Shown here: positions 1 to 8,703 of the stretch, piece after piece
Layout of the letters: each line of letters starts with the position of its first letter
How positions within the stretch are numbered: the first letter of the stretch is position 1
Assembly: GCF_000757865.1 (NCBI RefSeq)
Contig: NZ_CP007754.1
Coordinates: 1,230,001-1,262,000 of the forward strand
DNA length: 32,000 nt
DNA from: Prochlorococcus sp. MIT 0801
GTDB lineage: Bacteria > Cyanobacteriota > Cyanobacteriia > PCC-6307 > Cyanobiaceae
Reading direction: 5' to 3'
Position numbers and translations under genes: made by a program
The notes under the pieces: model-generated
What the model saw: only the letters and a program-made list of their open reading frames with translations
What the model was told of the DNA's origin: nothing
Databases searched by the model: none

Positions 1-743
1 TTGAAAATCAACTAAAAGTTTCAGCTATAATAGAAGAAGAATTAAATACAGTTAATATAAGTAATTCATTTATTGAACCAATAAATATTTTATTAAAGAG
101 AATTGCAAATATTCCTTTAGGTGGTCCTTTAGGTAAATTAAAGATGAAAGATTTAAATTCTAAAAGCTCTATCAAAGAATTAAAATTTGATATTCCAATT
201 TGTCATAAAGCTAATCCAATTAATACTTCAGAATTATCATCCATATTTAAAGAAGATCCCCAAAATAAATATGGTACAGACTATATAAATAAACTTATGA
301 ATCTAAATATCTATAGCAGCGGTTTCCTAACCGGATCCATAGACCACATTTTTGCAGACAACCCAAATCATGAAATTGCTAAATGGTGGGTTTTAGATTG
401 GAAAAGTAACTGGATAGGAAGTCCACTATCAAAAGATGGTGGATCTTTTTGTGGTCCCTCTAATTATTCAATTTCCAGAATGGATGAAGAAATGTACCAT
501 CACCACTATCCACTTCAAGCTCATATATATTTACTTGCTTTACATAGATTTTTAAATTGGAGACTCCCCGAGTATTCACCTCAAAAACATCTTGGAGGTT
601 ACATTTACGTGTTTTTGAGAGGACTTCCAGATAAAGGAGATTTAGAAGAAAAGAGTTTCTCTCAAAGGACTCCAGGCTTAATCGTAGAACCTGCTCCTAT
701 TAAAAGAATTCAAAAATTAGATTTATTGATTAAAAGAATTTAA
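1..743 (+). CDS. recB: Exodeoxyribonuclease V beta subunit (RecB), C-terminal nuclease domain; 5'-truncated by the window edge
   Basis: The frame of the listed 144..743 ORF is open back to nt 3 (hand translation ENQLKVSAIIEEELNTVNISNSF... has no stop), so the gene enters from upstream. It carries RecB-type PD-(D/E)XK nuclease motifs: GSIDHIF, VLDWKSN (D-x-K) and YPLQAHIYLLAL. recD follows 12 nt downstream. Confidence 0.8.
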   Translation, partial: ENQLKVSAIIEEELNTVNISNSFIEPINILLKRIANIPLGGPLGKLKMKDLNSKSSIKELKFDIPICHKANPINTSELSSIFKEDPQNKYGTDYINKLMNLNIYSSGFLTGSIDHIFADNPNHEIAKWWVLDWKSNWIGSPLSKDGGSFCGPSNYSISRMDEEMYHHHYPLQAHIYLLALHRFLNWRLPEYSPQKHLGGYIYVFLRGLPDKGDLEEKSFSQRTPGLIVEPAPIKRIQKLDLLIKRI

Positions 744-755
744 ACGAGAGAACCC

Positions 756-2465
756 TTGAAAAAAAAATTTCCAACTGATTTAAATAAAGCATTATTAGCT
801 ACTCTAATTCGCTATTTTCCACCCATAGAGTTTAATGAAGCCTTAATTGATGTTGTAAATGTACTAATGGATGGATTATCAAGAGGTGATGTTTATATAG
901 ACATGAAAGAAATCCCTAAAAATCTTGAACTTAAATATAAAGATTGGCCCAGCTTTCATATGAAAGCCTTATTAGAGAGTGGCTGGACTAAAGAAGATAA
1001 CTCCCCAATAGTTTTAAATGGGGATTTTATAAGTTGGCGTCGAACACATAATGAGATTGTTGAGACCATAAATAAAATACACTTAAGGAATCAAACTATT
1101 AATAACCTATCTAAAGAATTATCTGTTCGAATTGAAGCTAAGAATTTAGAGCATCTAAATATTCAACAAGTAGAAGCTGTTAACCTTGTTAAAAGTGAAA
1201 AAATCATCTTATTAAGTGGTGGCCCAGGCACAGGCAAGACTAGTACCATCCTTCAAATGCTTTTACAAGCACTAACAAGAAATCCAACTCTTAGAATTGC
1301 AATGGCTGCTCCAACAGGGAAAGCCGCAAAAAAACTAAAAGATACTATTCAGGCGGGAATTAAAGGTTTTGATGATCCTATAAAGGATAAGCTTGCTAAC
1401 ATTCCCTCTAAAACATTACATAAATGGTTAGAAGCAGGACCAAATGGCTTCAGAAGAAACTCTCAACGTCTATTAAAATTAGACCTAATAGTCATAGATG
1501 AGATGTCAATGGTTGATTTATCAACCATTAATGGATTGCTCGATGCATTAACAAAATCATGTCAAATAATCTTAGTAGGTGATCCTGACCAATTATTACC
1601 AATAGGAAGTGGTGGTATATGGCAAATTTTACAAGAGAAAGAAACGAAAACAAACTTTCAAACTAACTCAGTCAAACTAACAAAGTCATACCGAAATAAA
1701 GGAGATATCGCTTTATTAAGAAATACACTAAAAGATAAAGGAGTAGATGCCTTTTGGCAGCTCCTTTCAATTAAAAAAGATTCAACAAATACACTTAATT
1801 ACCTTTCATCCCTAAAAAGTGTTCCAGATCCGGTAGTAAGGACTCTTCTAAGCTATAGAAAGAAGCTTAAAAAGTTAACAGAAAATTGTATCACTCATAT
1901 TCCAGAAGAAGCCTGGCAATCAAGCATGATTGAGATAGATCAAACAGTTGAGATACAAAAACTCTTTAAATTCATAGATAATCTTCTTATACTTTGTCCG
2001 CAAAGATATGGACCTTGGGGTGTAAAAAAAATCCACGAGTTCCTTTTAGGAAAGAGATTTGAGAAGGAAGTGCACAAGTGGGAGGAGGGAACACCCATCA
2101 TGGCAAAAAGTAATCAACCTGAAATAGGTTTAGCAAATGGAGACGTTGGGATAATTATTGGCAACGGCGAGAAAAGACGTTTTTTATTTAATGTTTTTTC
2201 TGAGGAACAAACACTAGTAACTCGATTAATAAATCCATCAAGGTTAAATATATATGATGCGGCATATGCAATGACAATTCATAAAGCACAGGGGAGTGAA
2301 GCAGATCAAGTTCTTTTACTTTGGCCAACAAGCTCAAAAGTTTCACACGAGAAGACTTTCAATAAATTTTATTCTTATGATCATGAAAAAAGAATGCTTT
2401 ACACAGCAATAACTCGTGCAAAAAAACAATTACTGGTAATTACCACTAAAGAAGAAGACTTTTAA
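756..2465 (+). CDS. recD: Exodeoxyribonuclease V alpha subunit (RecD), SF1 helicase
   Basis: SF1 helicase motifs are present: Walker A LSGGPGTGKTS, Walker B LIVIDEMSMVD, ILVGDPDQLLPIG, AMTIHKAQGSE and YTAITRAKKQL. The gene sits directly after recB. The start is a TTG at 756, and the next in-frame Met is about 39 codons in. Confidence 0.88.
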   Translation: MKKKFPTDLNKALLATLIRYFPPIEFNEALIDVVNVLMDGLSRGDVYIDMKEIPKNLELKYKDWPSFHMKALLESGWTKEDNSPIVLNGDFISWRRTHNEIVETINKIHLRNQTINNLSKELSVRIEAKNLEHLNIQQVEAVNLVKSEKIILLSGGPGTGKTSTILQMLLQALTRNPTLRIAMAAPTGKAAKKLKDTIQAGIKGFDDPIKDKLANIPSKTLHKWLEAGPNGFRRNSQRLLKLDLIVIDEMSMVDLSTINGLLDALTKSCQIILVGDPDQLLPIGSGGIWQILQEKETKTNFQTNSVKLTKSYRNKGDIALLRNTLKDKGVDAFWQLLSIKKDSTNTLNYLSSLKSVPDPVVRTLLSYRKKLKKLTENCITHIPEEAWQSSMIEIDQTVEIQKLFKFIDNLLILCPQRYGPWGVKKIHEFLLGKRFEKEVHKWEEGTPIMAKSNQPEIGLANGDVGIIIGNGEKRRFLFNVFSEEQTLVTRLINPSRLNIYDAAYAMTIHKAQGSEADQVLLLWPTSSKVSHEKTFNKFYSYDHEKRMLYTAITRAKKQLLVITTKEEDF

Positions 2466-2613
2466 AGATGTGGTCAACTAATTCCTAAAAGGATTTTTGA
2501 AATGATAAAATAAATCTTATATCCCTTTAACAAGGCGAGTCAGCAAAGCACGGTTATACACCGATCGGAAGTTGTCTGCCTAATTTGAAGGACAAAAAGG
2601 CAACCATTATTAG
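2466..2613 (+). promoter_or_regulatory. Putative promoter plus structured 5' leader of the DEAD-box helicase gene
   Basis: This is a 148-nt spacer. A locally G+C-rich island (2531-2605: caaggcgagtcagcaaagcacggttatacaccgatcggaagttgtctgcc...ggcaacc) sits within otherwise AT-rich intergenic DNA. Short complementary segments are CGGT(2551-2554)/ACCG(2560-2563), TTGTC(2572-2576)/GACAA(2591-2595) and TGCC(2577-2580)/GGCA(2599-2602). A TTGAAA -35-like hexamer lies at 2497-2502, but the spacing to the TATATC at 2518-2523 is only 15 nt. Confidence 0.3.
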
Positions 2614-4383
2614 ATGACAAATAAGAATCTACATGAGGATTCCTCATGTCCAGTAGAACAAGATGTTCTCGAGGAATCTACTGAGGAAATATTAGATGAA
2701 GGTGAACAAAATTCAGAAAATGGATTTTCTGAATTTAACTTTAGTGAAGAACTAATTCAAACAATCTCTGATAAAGGCTACTCATCACCTACTCCGATTC
2801 AAAAAGCTGCGATTCCGGAATTACTTCTTGGTAGAGATTTAGTAGGACAAGCTCAAACTGGTACAGGAAAAACAGCTGCATTTGCTTTACCAATCCTAGA
2901 AAGACTGAAAAAGAATGTTGGACATCCACAAGTTTTAGTACTAGCTCCAACCCGAGAGTTGGCTATGCAAGTGGCTGAATCATTTCGAACCTATTCGGCA
3001 GGTCATCCGCATTTCAAAGTACTTGCAATATATGGAGGTTCTGATTTCCGAAATCAAATCAACACTCTCAGAAGGGGAGTCGATGTAGTCGTAGGGACTC
3101 CGGGGCGAGTCATGGATCACATGCGTCAAAAGACTCTCAATACTAGTCATCTGAGTTGTTTAGTTCTAGACGAAGCTGATGAAATGTTGAGGATGGGGTT
3201 CATTGATGATGTTGAGTGGATTTTAGAACAATTACCAGAGGAGAGACAACTAGTTTTATTCTCAGCTACAATGCCATCTGAGATCAGAAGATTATCAAAA
3301 AAATATTTAAATAGCCCTGCTGAAATAACTATAAAAGCAACTGAATTAAAAGAAAGGCTTATCAGGCAAAGGTATATAAGCGTTCAAAATGTTTATAAAG
3401 TTAATGCACTTCAAAGAGTACTTGAAGCTGTATCAGAAGAAGGGGTAATAATATTTGCTAGAACAAAAGCTATTACAATTGTAGTAGCTGAAAAATTAGA
3501 ATCATACGGATATAACGTAGCAGTTTTAAATGGAGATATTCCTCAAAATCAAAGGGAACGAACTGTTGAAAGATTAAGACAGGGATCTATCAATATTTTA
3601 GTAGCTACAGATGTCGCAGCAAGAGGTCTTGATGTAGATCGAATTGGTTTAGTAATAAATTACGATATGCCATTTGATCGCGAAGCATATGTTCATAGAA
3701 TAGGCAGAACTGGTCGTGCTGGAAGAAATGGTGAAGCAATTCTTTTTGTTAATCCAAGGGAAAGATCATTTTTAAGTAATCTTGAAAGAGCTGTAGGTCA
3801 GCCAATTGAAAAAATGGATATTCCAGACAATGACCTTATCAACAATAACCGAATTAAGAAGTTACAAGCAAGATTAATAAAAGCCGCCTCAACAAAGCGA
3901 GACAACCCTGAAGAGGCTATTATTTTAGAAGAATTAATAAAAAATGTTGAAAAAGAATTAGATATAGATCCAAAAGACTTAACACTTGCCGCATTAAATT
4001 TGGCAGTTGGCTTTAACGCACTCCTTGAGAATGGCAATGAGGATTGGATAAGACAATCAGTTCAAAGGAATACAAGAAATGATCGCAGGGATAATAATAA
4101 ATTCAAGCAACGTCGAAGAGGTGATTTTGATAACAACAGACTTGAAGATGAAATGGACAGATTCAGGGTTGAAGTTGGGCACCGAGATAGAGTTAAGCCT
4201 GGAAATCTAGTTGGGGCAATTGCCAACGAAGCCGGACTAAAAGGGAGATCGATCGGAAGAATAAGAATATTTGAAAATTACAGCCTAGTAGATCTACCAA
4301 AACAAATGCCTGATAAAGTTTTCCAAGCGCTAAAGAAAGTCAAAGTAATGAATAGAGAATTACAGATAAATAGAGCAGACTAA
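2614..4383 (+). CDS. deaD: DEAD-box ATP-dependent RNA helicase, DeaD/CsdA type with a C-terminal DbpA-like RNA-binding domain
   Basis: Helicase motifs are present: Q motif GYSSPTPIQ, motif I AQTGTGKT, Ia PTRELA, II DEAD, III SAT, V ARGLDV and VI HRIGRTGRAG. A basic RRDNNKFKQRRRG linker is followed by a DbpA-like tail (RFRVEVGHRDRVKPGNLVGAIANEAGL...IGRIRIFENYSLVDLP). Confidence 0.9.
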   Translation: MTNKNLHEDSSCPVEQDVLEESTEEILDEGEQNSENGFSEFNFSEELIQTISDKGYSSPTPIQKAAIPELLLGRDLVGQAQTGTGKTAAFALPILERLKKNVGHPQVLVLAPTRELAMQVAESFRTYSAGHPHFKVLAIYGGSDFRNQINTLRRGVDVVVGTPGRVMDHMRQKTLNTSHLSCLVLDEADEMLRMGFIDDVEWILEQLPEERQLVLFSATMPSEIRRLSKKYLNSPAEITIKATELKERLIRQRYISVQNVYKVNALQRVLEAVSEEGVIIFARTKAITIVVAEKLESYGYNVAVLNGDIPQNQRERTVERLRQGSINILVATDVAARGLDVDRIGLVINYDMPFDREAYVHRIGRTGRAGRNGEAILFVNPRERSFLSNLERAVGQPIEKMDIPDNDLINNNRIKKLQARLIKAASTKRDNPEEAIILEELIKNVEKELDIDPKDLTLAALNLAVGFNALLENGNEDWIRQSVQRNTRNDRRDNNKFKQRRRGDFDNNRLEDEMDRFRVEVGHRDRVKPGNLVGAIANEAGLKGRSIGRIRIFENYSLVDLPKQMPDKVFQALKKVKVMNRELQINRAD

Positions 4384-4394
4384 AAGCACCAGAG

Positions 4395-4670
4395 ATGCTC
4401 TATAACTTAATATTAAGCAGCATAATTACATTACTTATCTTAGAGATGAGTAACTCCTCAGAGACTCAAGCAGGGCATAAAAATACTCTGATTAATAAAT
4501 TCTGCATTGCATCATTAAAATCAAAACTTGATTTTAATGATGCACAATTGATAGATGAAATTAGTCATTTCACCTGTGAGTGTTTTTTAGAAAAATTTAA
4601 TTCTGGCAATTCCATAAAAGAATCTCGTATTTACTGCAAACATAAAACAGCAGATAAATACAATCTCTAA
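4395..4670 (+). CDS. Small hypothetical protein with an N-terminal hydrophobic signal/anchor and four Cys
   Basis: The 91-aa ORF starts 11 nt after the helicase stop and ends 22 nt before the ABC exporter start. It has a hydrophobic N-terminus (MLYNLILSSIITLLILEMS) and Cys at positions 37, 61, 63 and 81. I recognise no family. Confidence 0.5.
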   Translation: MLYNLILSSIITLLILEMSNSSETQAGHKNTLINKFCIASLKSKLDFNDAQLIDEISHFTCECFLEKFNSGNSIKESRIYCKHKTADKYNL

Positions 4671-4692
4671 AAGAATCACACTCAAAAATAAG

Positions 4693-6483
4693 ATGTATAA
4701 ATCTAAATCAAAAAAAGAAAAAAGCCCATTAGCAAGACTTTTAAGTAATCTTAAAAGTCAAAAGCGTCTAATTTATTCAGCTATTATTTGCTCTACATTA
4801 AATAAATTTTTTGATCTTGCACCACCTGTGCTAATTGGAATATCTGTTGACGTAGTAGTACGAAAAGAAAGTTCATGGCTTGGGTCAATTGGCTTTAATA
4901 CTGTCCCAGATCAGTTAGTTGCACTCTCAATCGCTTCCTTTTTGATCTGGACAGCTGAATCATTCTTTGAATATTTATATGGATTAATGTGGAGAAATTT
5001 AGCTCAAAAAACACAGCACTATTTAAGAATCAAAGCATATGACCATTTGCAAAAATTAGAGATGACATTCTTCGAATCAGACAATACAGGAAGGCTTATG
5101 ACTGTACTAAATGATGATATCAATCAACTAGAAAGATTCTTGGATGAAGGAGCTAATAAAATTATTCAATTAATAATTACTGTTTTTATTGTTGGAGGGG
5201 CAATGATTTTATTAGCTCCTGGGATTGCATTGCTAGCATTCATTCCTATTCCATTTATTCTTTGGGGCTCGATTAAATTCCAGAAAAACCTCGCTCCTCG
5301 TTACCGTGAAGTCAGAGATAGGGCAGGAGATCTAGCCTCAAGACTTAATAATAATCTCAGTGGAATGCTTACTATTAAAAGTTTTGCTACTGAAGATTGG
5401 GAACTTGAAAGAATAAGACTCGATAGCAATTCATATCAAGAAAGTAATAGAAAGGCAATTAAGTTATCAGCAGCATTTATCCCCTTAATTAGATTCGCGA
5501 TACTATTTGCATTCCTTGCAATATTAATTGCTGGAGGCTTTCAATCTTGGAAAGGATTAATGCCTGTGGGAACTTATAGTTTTTTAGTATTCATAACTCA
5601 AAGATTATTATGGCCCTTAACGACATTAGGTCATATCTTAGATGACTATCAAAGGTCAATGGCCTCAACAAATAGAGTTCTAGATTTAATAGATACTCCA
5701 ATTAAAATTAAAACTGGGAACGTCAAACTAGATCCAAAAAATGTTAAAGGTGCAATCACATTTAACAATATTGATTTTACATATGAAGGACGCTCTCAAG
5801 TTATTAAAAACTTTAGTTTAGATATTAGTCCTGGGAAAAAAATAGGTATTGTAGGTGCTACTGGTTCTGGCAAAAGTACACTTATAAAACTATTATTAAG
5901 GCTGTATAAAATTAGTAAAGGTTCCATAGAAATTGATAAAAATTCAATTGAATTATTGGATTTAAAAAGTCTACGACGTTGTATTTCATTAGTAAGCCAG
6001 GAAACATATTTGTTTCAAGGCACAATCGAAGAAAATATTTCTTATGGATCACAAAATATTGATATATCAAAAATTAAAAATGCTGCAGATATTGCTGAAG
6101 CAACTGAATTTATTACTCAACTACCACAAGGCTTAAACACAATAGTTGGAGAAAGAGGACAAAAGCTATCTGGTGGCCAAAGGCAAAGAATTGCTATCGC
6201 AAGAGCAATCTTAAAAAATGCCCCAATTTTAGTTTTAGATGAGGCAACAGCATCTGTAGACAATGAAACTGAAGCCGCGATTCAAAGATCTCTAAAGAAG
6301 ATAACAGATAGTTGTACAACAATTGTTATTGCACATCGCATAAGCACAGTAATAGATGCTGACGAAATCATAGTTTTAGATAAAGGTAAAATTATAGAGA
6401 AAGGCACACATCAATCTCTTCTAAAAAATAGAAATTTCTATTACTACCTTTGGAAAATTCAAGCTGGTGGAAATAATACTTAA
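4693..6483 (+). CDS. ABC exporter, fused permease/ATPase half-transporter (MsbA/MdlB-like)
   Basis: An N-terminal six-helix-type TMD is followed by an NBD with Walker A GATGSGKST, signature LSGGQRQRIAIARA, Walker B ILVLDEATASVD and H-loop IAHR. There is no N-terminal C39 peptidase domain. Confidence 0.88.
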   Translation: MYKSKSKKEKSPLARLLSNLKSQKRLIYSAIICSTLNKFFDLAPPVLIGISVDVVVRKESSWLGSIGFNTVPDQLVALSIASFLIWTAESFFEYLYGLMWRNLAQKTQHYLRIKAYDHLQKLEMTFFESDNTGRLMTVLNDDINQLERFLDEGANKIIQLIITVFIVGGAMILLAPGIALLAFIPIPFILWGSIKFQKNLAPRYREVRDRAGDLASRLNNNLSGMLTIKSFATEDWELERIRLDSNSYQESNRKAIKLSAAFIPLIRFAILFAFLAILIAGGFQSWKGLMPVGTYSFLVFITQRLLWPLTTLGHILDDYQRSMASTNRVLDLIDTPIKIKTGNVKLDPKNVKGAITFNNIDFTYEGRSQVIKNFSLDISPGKKIGIVGATGSGKSTLIKLLLRLYKISKGSIEIDKNSIELLDLKSLRRCISLVSQETYLFQGTIEENISYGSQNIDISKIKNAADIAEATEFITQLPQGLNTIVGERGQKLSGGQRQRIAIARAILKNAPILVLDEATASVDNETEAAIQRSLKKITDSCTTIVIAHRISTVIDADEIIVLDKGKIIEKGTHQSLLKNRNFYYYLWKIQAGGNNT

Positions 6484-6484
6484 A

Positions 6485-7030
6485 TCAGATGAAGAAAGTA
6501 AAAGAACTAACTACTCTTTTAAAAGTATCTTGCATTTTTGACCAGCGTTGTTCACTAGTGCTAGCTGCAAGCGTATATAGATAACCTCTATCAACTACGA
6601 CAGTAGCGAATTCGTGCCTGTCGTTTAATTCTGAATCAACAGAGTATTCAAGGTCATAGAATTTGCGTTGATCAACCTCTCTCTCTGAAGCATCAATCAA
6701 TTGAATAGGATTATTACTATTTTTCTCACCGAATAGTCTTTCCCCTACAGCATCCGCTCCACCCAAATCATCTAAATCCACTTCATTTTCCAACTTAGAA
6801 ATAACAAGACTGAGAGTTTCATCGGAGTTAATCAAGTCATGATAAACGACCTCTGGTCCATTATCGACGGCCACTCTCGTCCACCCTGTTGGAAAAAGAA
6901 AACCATAGCGTCCATCTTGACTTTTAAAAGGTTCCAAGCCTGCTGCTCCCCCTGTAGAGCAAGCTCCGAGCGTCAAGACCAATGCTATAGCCAGAAGGGA
7001 TTTAAAAGATGTTCGAAAAAGTTTGATCAT
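6485..7030 (-). CDS. psbP: PsbP-like lipoprotein of photosystem II (CyanoP)
   Basis: A signal peptide carries a lipobox (LVLTLGAC) and is followed by a PsbP-domain-like sequence (DGRYGFLFPTGWTRV...YLYTLAASTSEQRW). The size (181 aa) is typical of cyanobacterial PsbP homologues. Confidence 0.75.
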   Translation of the reverse strand: MIKLFRTSFKSLLAIALVLTLGACSTGGAAGLEPFKSQDGRYGFLFPTGWTRVAVDNGPEVVYHDLINSDETLSLVISKLENEVDLDDLGGADAVGERLFGEKNSNNPIQLIDASEREVDQRKFYDLEYSVDSELNDRHEFATVVVDRGYLYTLAASTSEQRWSKMQDTFKRVVSSFTFFI

Positions 7031-7149
7031 TTTGAAGACTCAAGCATCACTATTTTGATACATTTCTAATTTAACTGACGGTAATCTTCTTTAAATTAGT
7101 GCAACCCAGATAAAACTCTGACTACATTCAAGTTAATTGCTTCTGAACT

Positions 7150-7749
7150 CTGAGCGGCTTCACTAAACCATTATCAAAATTAATTGATCAGTTTGAGCAA
7201 TTGCCCGGTATCGGTCCTAGAACTGCTCAAAGATTAGCTCTTCATCTTTTGCGTCAGCCAGAAGACAAAATTAGATTGTTTTCAGAAGCTCTGCTTAATG
7301 CGAAAAGTCAAGTGGGTCAATGTAAGACGTGCTTTCATTTAACCGCAGGAGAACAATGCGAAATTTGTTTAAACAAACAAAGAAATCAAGAACTCATTTG
7401 CGTTGTTTCTGAGTCAAGAGATTTACTGGCTCTTGAGCGCACTAGAGAGTACAAAGGCCTTTATCATGTAATAGGTGGGTTAATTTCTCCGATGGATGGG
7501 ATTGGACCTGAAATGCTTGAAATATCAAGTCTTATCAAAAGAGTCGATAAAGCAAACATAAAAGAAGTCATCCTTGCACTAACACCAAGTATTGAAGGGG
7601 ATACGACTAGTCTTTATGTAGGTAGATTATTAAAACCATTCACAAAAGTCACTCGTATTGCCTATGGACTTCCTGTGGGAAGTGAGTTGGAATATGCCGA
7701 TGAAGTAACACTCTCACGTGCTTTAGAAGGTCGTAGAGATTTAGATTAA
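7150..7749 (+). CDS. recR: Recombination protein RecR
   Basis: The protein has a helix-hairpin-helix ([17 protein letters not shown]), a C4 zinc finger ([16 protein letters not shown]), a Toprim region ([14 protein letters not shown]) and [12 protein letters not shown]. The ORF track starts at TTG 7201, but RecR-like sequence ([14 protein letters not shown]) continues upstream to the in-frame stop at 7144-7146. A CTG at 7150 would give a 199-aa product of typical RecR length. The 3' end is secure and the 5' end is uncertain (7150 versus 7201). Confidence 0.85.
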   Translation: MSGFTKPLSKLIDQFEQLPGIGPRTAQRLALHLLRQPEDKIRLFSEALLNAKSQVGQCKTCFHLTAGEQCEICLNKQRNQELICVVSESRDLLALERTREYKGLYHVIGGLISPMDGIGPEMLEISSLIKRVDKANIKEVILALTPSIEGDTTSLYVGRLLKPFTKVTRIAYGLPVGSELEYADEVTLSRALEGRRDLD

Positions 7750-7760
7750 CCATCAAGCAT

Positions 7761-8684
7761 ATGACAACAACAACAAGAAAAACAACAAAATACAGTGGCT
7801 TCCCCCCAGAAGAGCGTTTACCTAATTGGATCAAACCATCAATAGGTAAAGCAACTCAACTAGAGAAAGTTCAAAAGCTCGTAAAGGAGAACAGATTACA
7901 TACGATCTGTGAGGAAGGTAGATGCCCAAATAGAGGGGAATGTTATGCCGCTGGAACGGCTACTTTTTTATTAGGCGGCTCAATATGTACAAGGAGCTGT
8001 GCCTTTTGCCAAGTAGAAAAAGGAAAGTCGCCCGAGAAAGTAAATATTTTTGAAGCAGAAAAAGTAGCAAATGCTGTTCAGGTATTGAATCTCAAATATG
8101 TGGTACTAACAGCAGTCGCAAGAGATGATTTGCCGGATCACGGTGCAAGTCTATTCACGACAACAATGCATGCAATTAGATCATTGAATCCTAGTGTCGC
8201 AATTGAAGTATTAACACCAGATTTCTGGGGTGGAAACAACAAGGACAATGTCGAAAAGCAAAGAGAGCGACTTAAGCTAGTTCTTTCTGCTAATCCTATT
8301 TGTTTTAACCATAATCTTGAGACTGTCAAAAGACTTCAAAAAGAAGTCAGGAGAGGTGCTACTTACGAACACTCACTCAATCTTCTCAAATTTGCTAGAG
8401 AAATCGATCCAAAAATTCCTACAAAATCAGGAATCATGCTTGGATTGGGAGAAAAATTTCATGAAATAATTCAAACCCTTAAAGACCTTAGGAAAGTAGA
8501 CTGTCAATATTTGACTATCGGTCAATATTTACGACCTTCACTTGCTCACATTCCAGTTTCTCATTATTGGTCACCAACAAAATTTAATGATTTTGCAGAA
8601 ATAGCAAAGGGATTAGGTTTTAAGAAAGTAAACAGCGGTCCTTTAGTTAGAAGCAGTTACCATGCAAATGAGAGCTTAGATTAG
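7761..8684 (+). CDS. lipA: Lipoyl synthase (radical SAM)
   Basis: The auxiliary-cluster motif [12 protein letters not shown] (CX4CX5C) and the radical-SAM motif [10 protein letters not shown] (CX3CX2C) are both present, and the C-terminus reads RSSY. Confidence 0.92.
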   Translation: MTTTTRKTTKYSGFPPEERLPNWIKPSIGKATQLEKVQKLVKENRLHTICEEGRCPNRGECYAAGTATFLLGGSICTRSCAFCQVEKGKSPEKVNIFEAEKVANAVQVLNLKYVVLTAVARDDLPDHGASLFTTTMHAIRSLNPSVAIEVLTPDFWGGNNKDNVEKQRERLKLVLSANPICFNHNLETVKRLQKEVRRGATYEHSLNLLKFAREIDPKIPTKSGIMLGLGEKFHEIIQTLKDLRKVDCQYLTIGQYLRPSLAHIPVSHYWSPTKFNDFAEIAKGLGFKKVNSGPLVRSSYHANESLD

Positions 8685-8703
8685 CCTCCTTAAAAAAATC
8701 TAA

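Noticed and set aside
2561-2568. The palindrome CCGATCGG resembles the core of the cyanobacterial HIP1 repeat (GCGATCGC).
   Set aside because: It is not the HIP1 octamer. I noticed only one other CGATCG (around 4249-4254, inside the helicase CDS). There is no sign of iteration.
2561-2602. The CGGAAGU...GAAGGA strings in the helicase leader (and ACCGGAAGU at about 28233-28241) recalled conserved blocks of cyanobacterial glutamine riboswitches (the glnA RNA and downstream-peptide motifs).
   Set aside because: Only short partial matches to what I remember of the consensus are present. The expected flanking P1 pairing is not there, and the genetic context (RNA helicase, prs) is wrong for nitrogen-regulated small peptides. 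A cmsearch would settle it.
3798-4037. The remaining short antisense or overlapping ORFs in the track are 3798-4037, 6839-7069, 7649-7834, 8138-8329, 10426-10611, 10732-10914, 12277-12513, 14558-14746, 15106-15351, 16735-16932, 17251-17481, 17646-17849, 19375-19563, 21801-21989, 26898-27101, 27617-27835, 28848-29057, 28957-29169 and 29747-29944.
   Set aside because: Each is nested in or overlaps a longer ORF on the other strand or frame that carries unambiguous catalytic motifs. None has motifs of its own.
1-4383. The nuclease/helicase cluster (recB, recD, DEAD-box helicase) was considered as a possible defence system.
   Set aside because: The motifs identify canonical RecBCD subunits and a DeaD/CsdA-type RNA helicase with a DbpA domain. 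No accessory defence-type genes (methylase, TIR, Sir2, HEPN, reverse transcriptase and so on) are adjacent.
4395-4670. The 91-aa peptide next to an ABC exporter was considered as a lanthipeptide, prochlorosin or bacteriocin precursor.
   Set aside because: I saw no double-glycine (GG/GA) leader-cleavage motif. The exporter lacks a C39 peptidase domain, and no LanM/ProcM-like modification gene is in the window.
7764-7775. An (ACA)4 trinucleotide repeat at the start of lipA encodes MTTTT.
   Set aside because: It is short, in-frame and lies in a non-conserved N-terminal tail. There is no evidence it is more than compositional chance.
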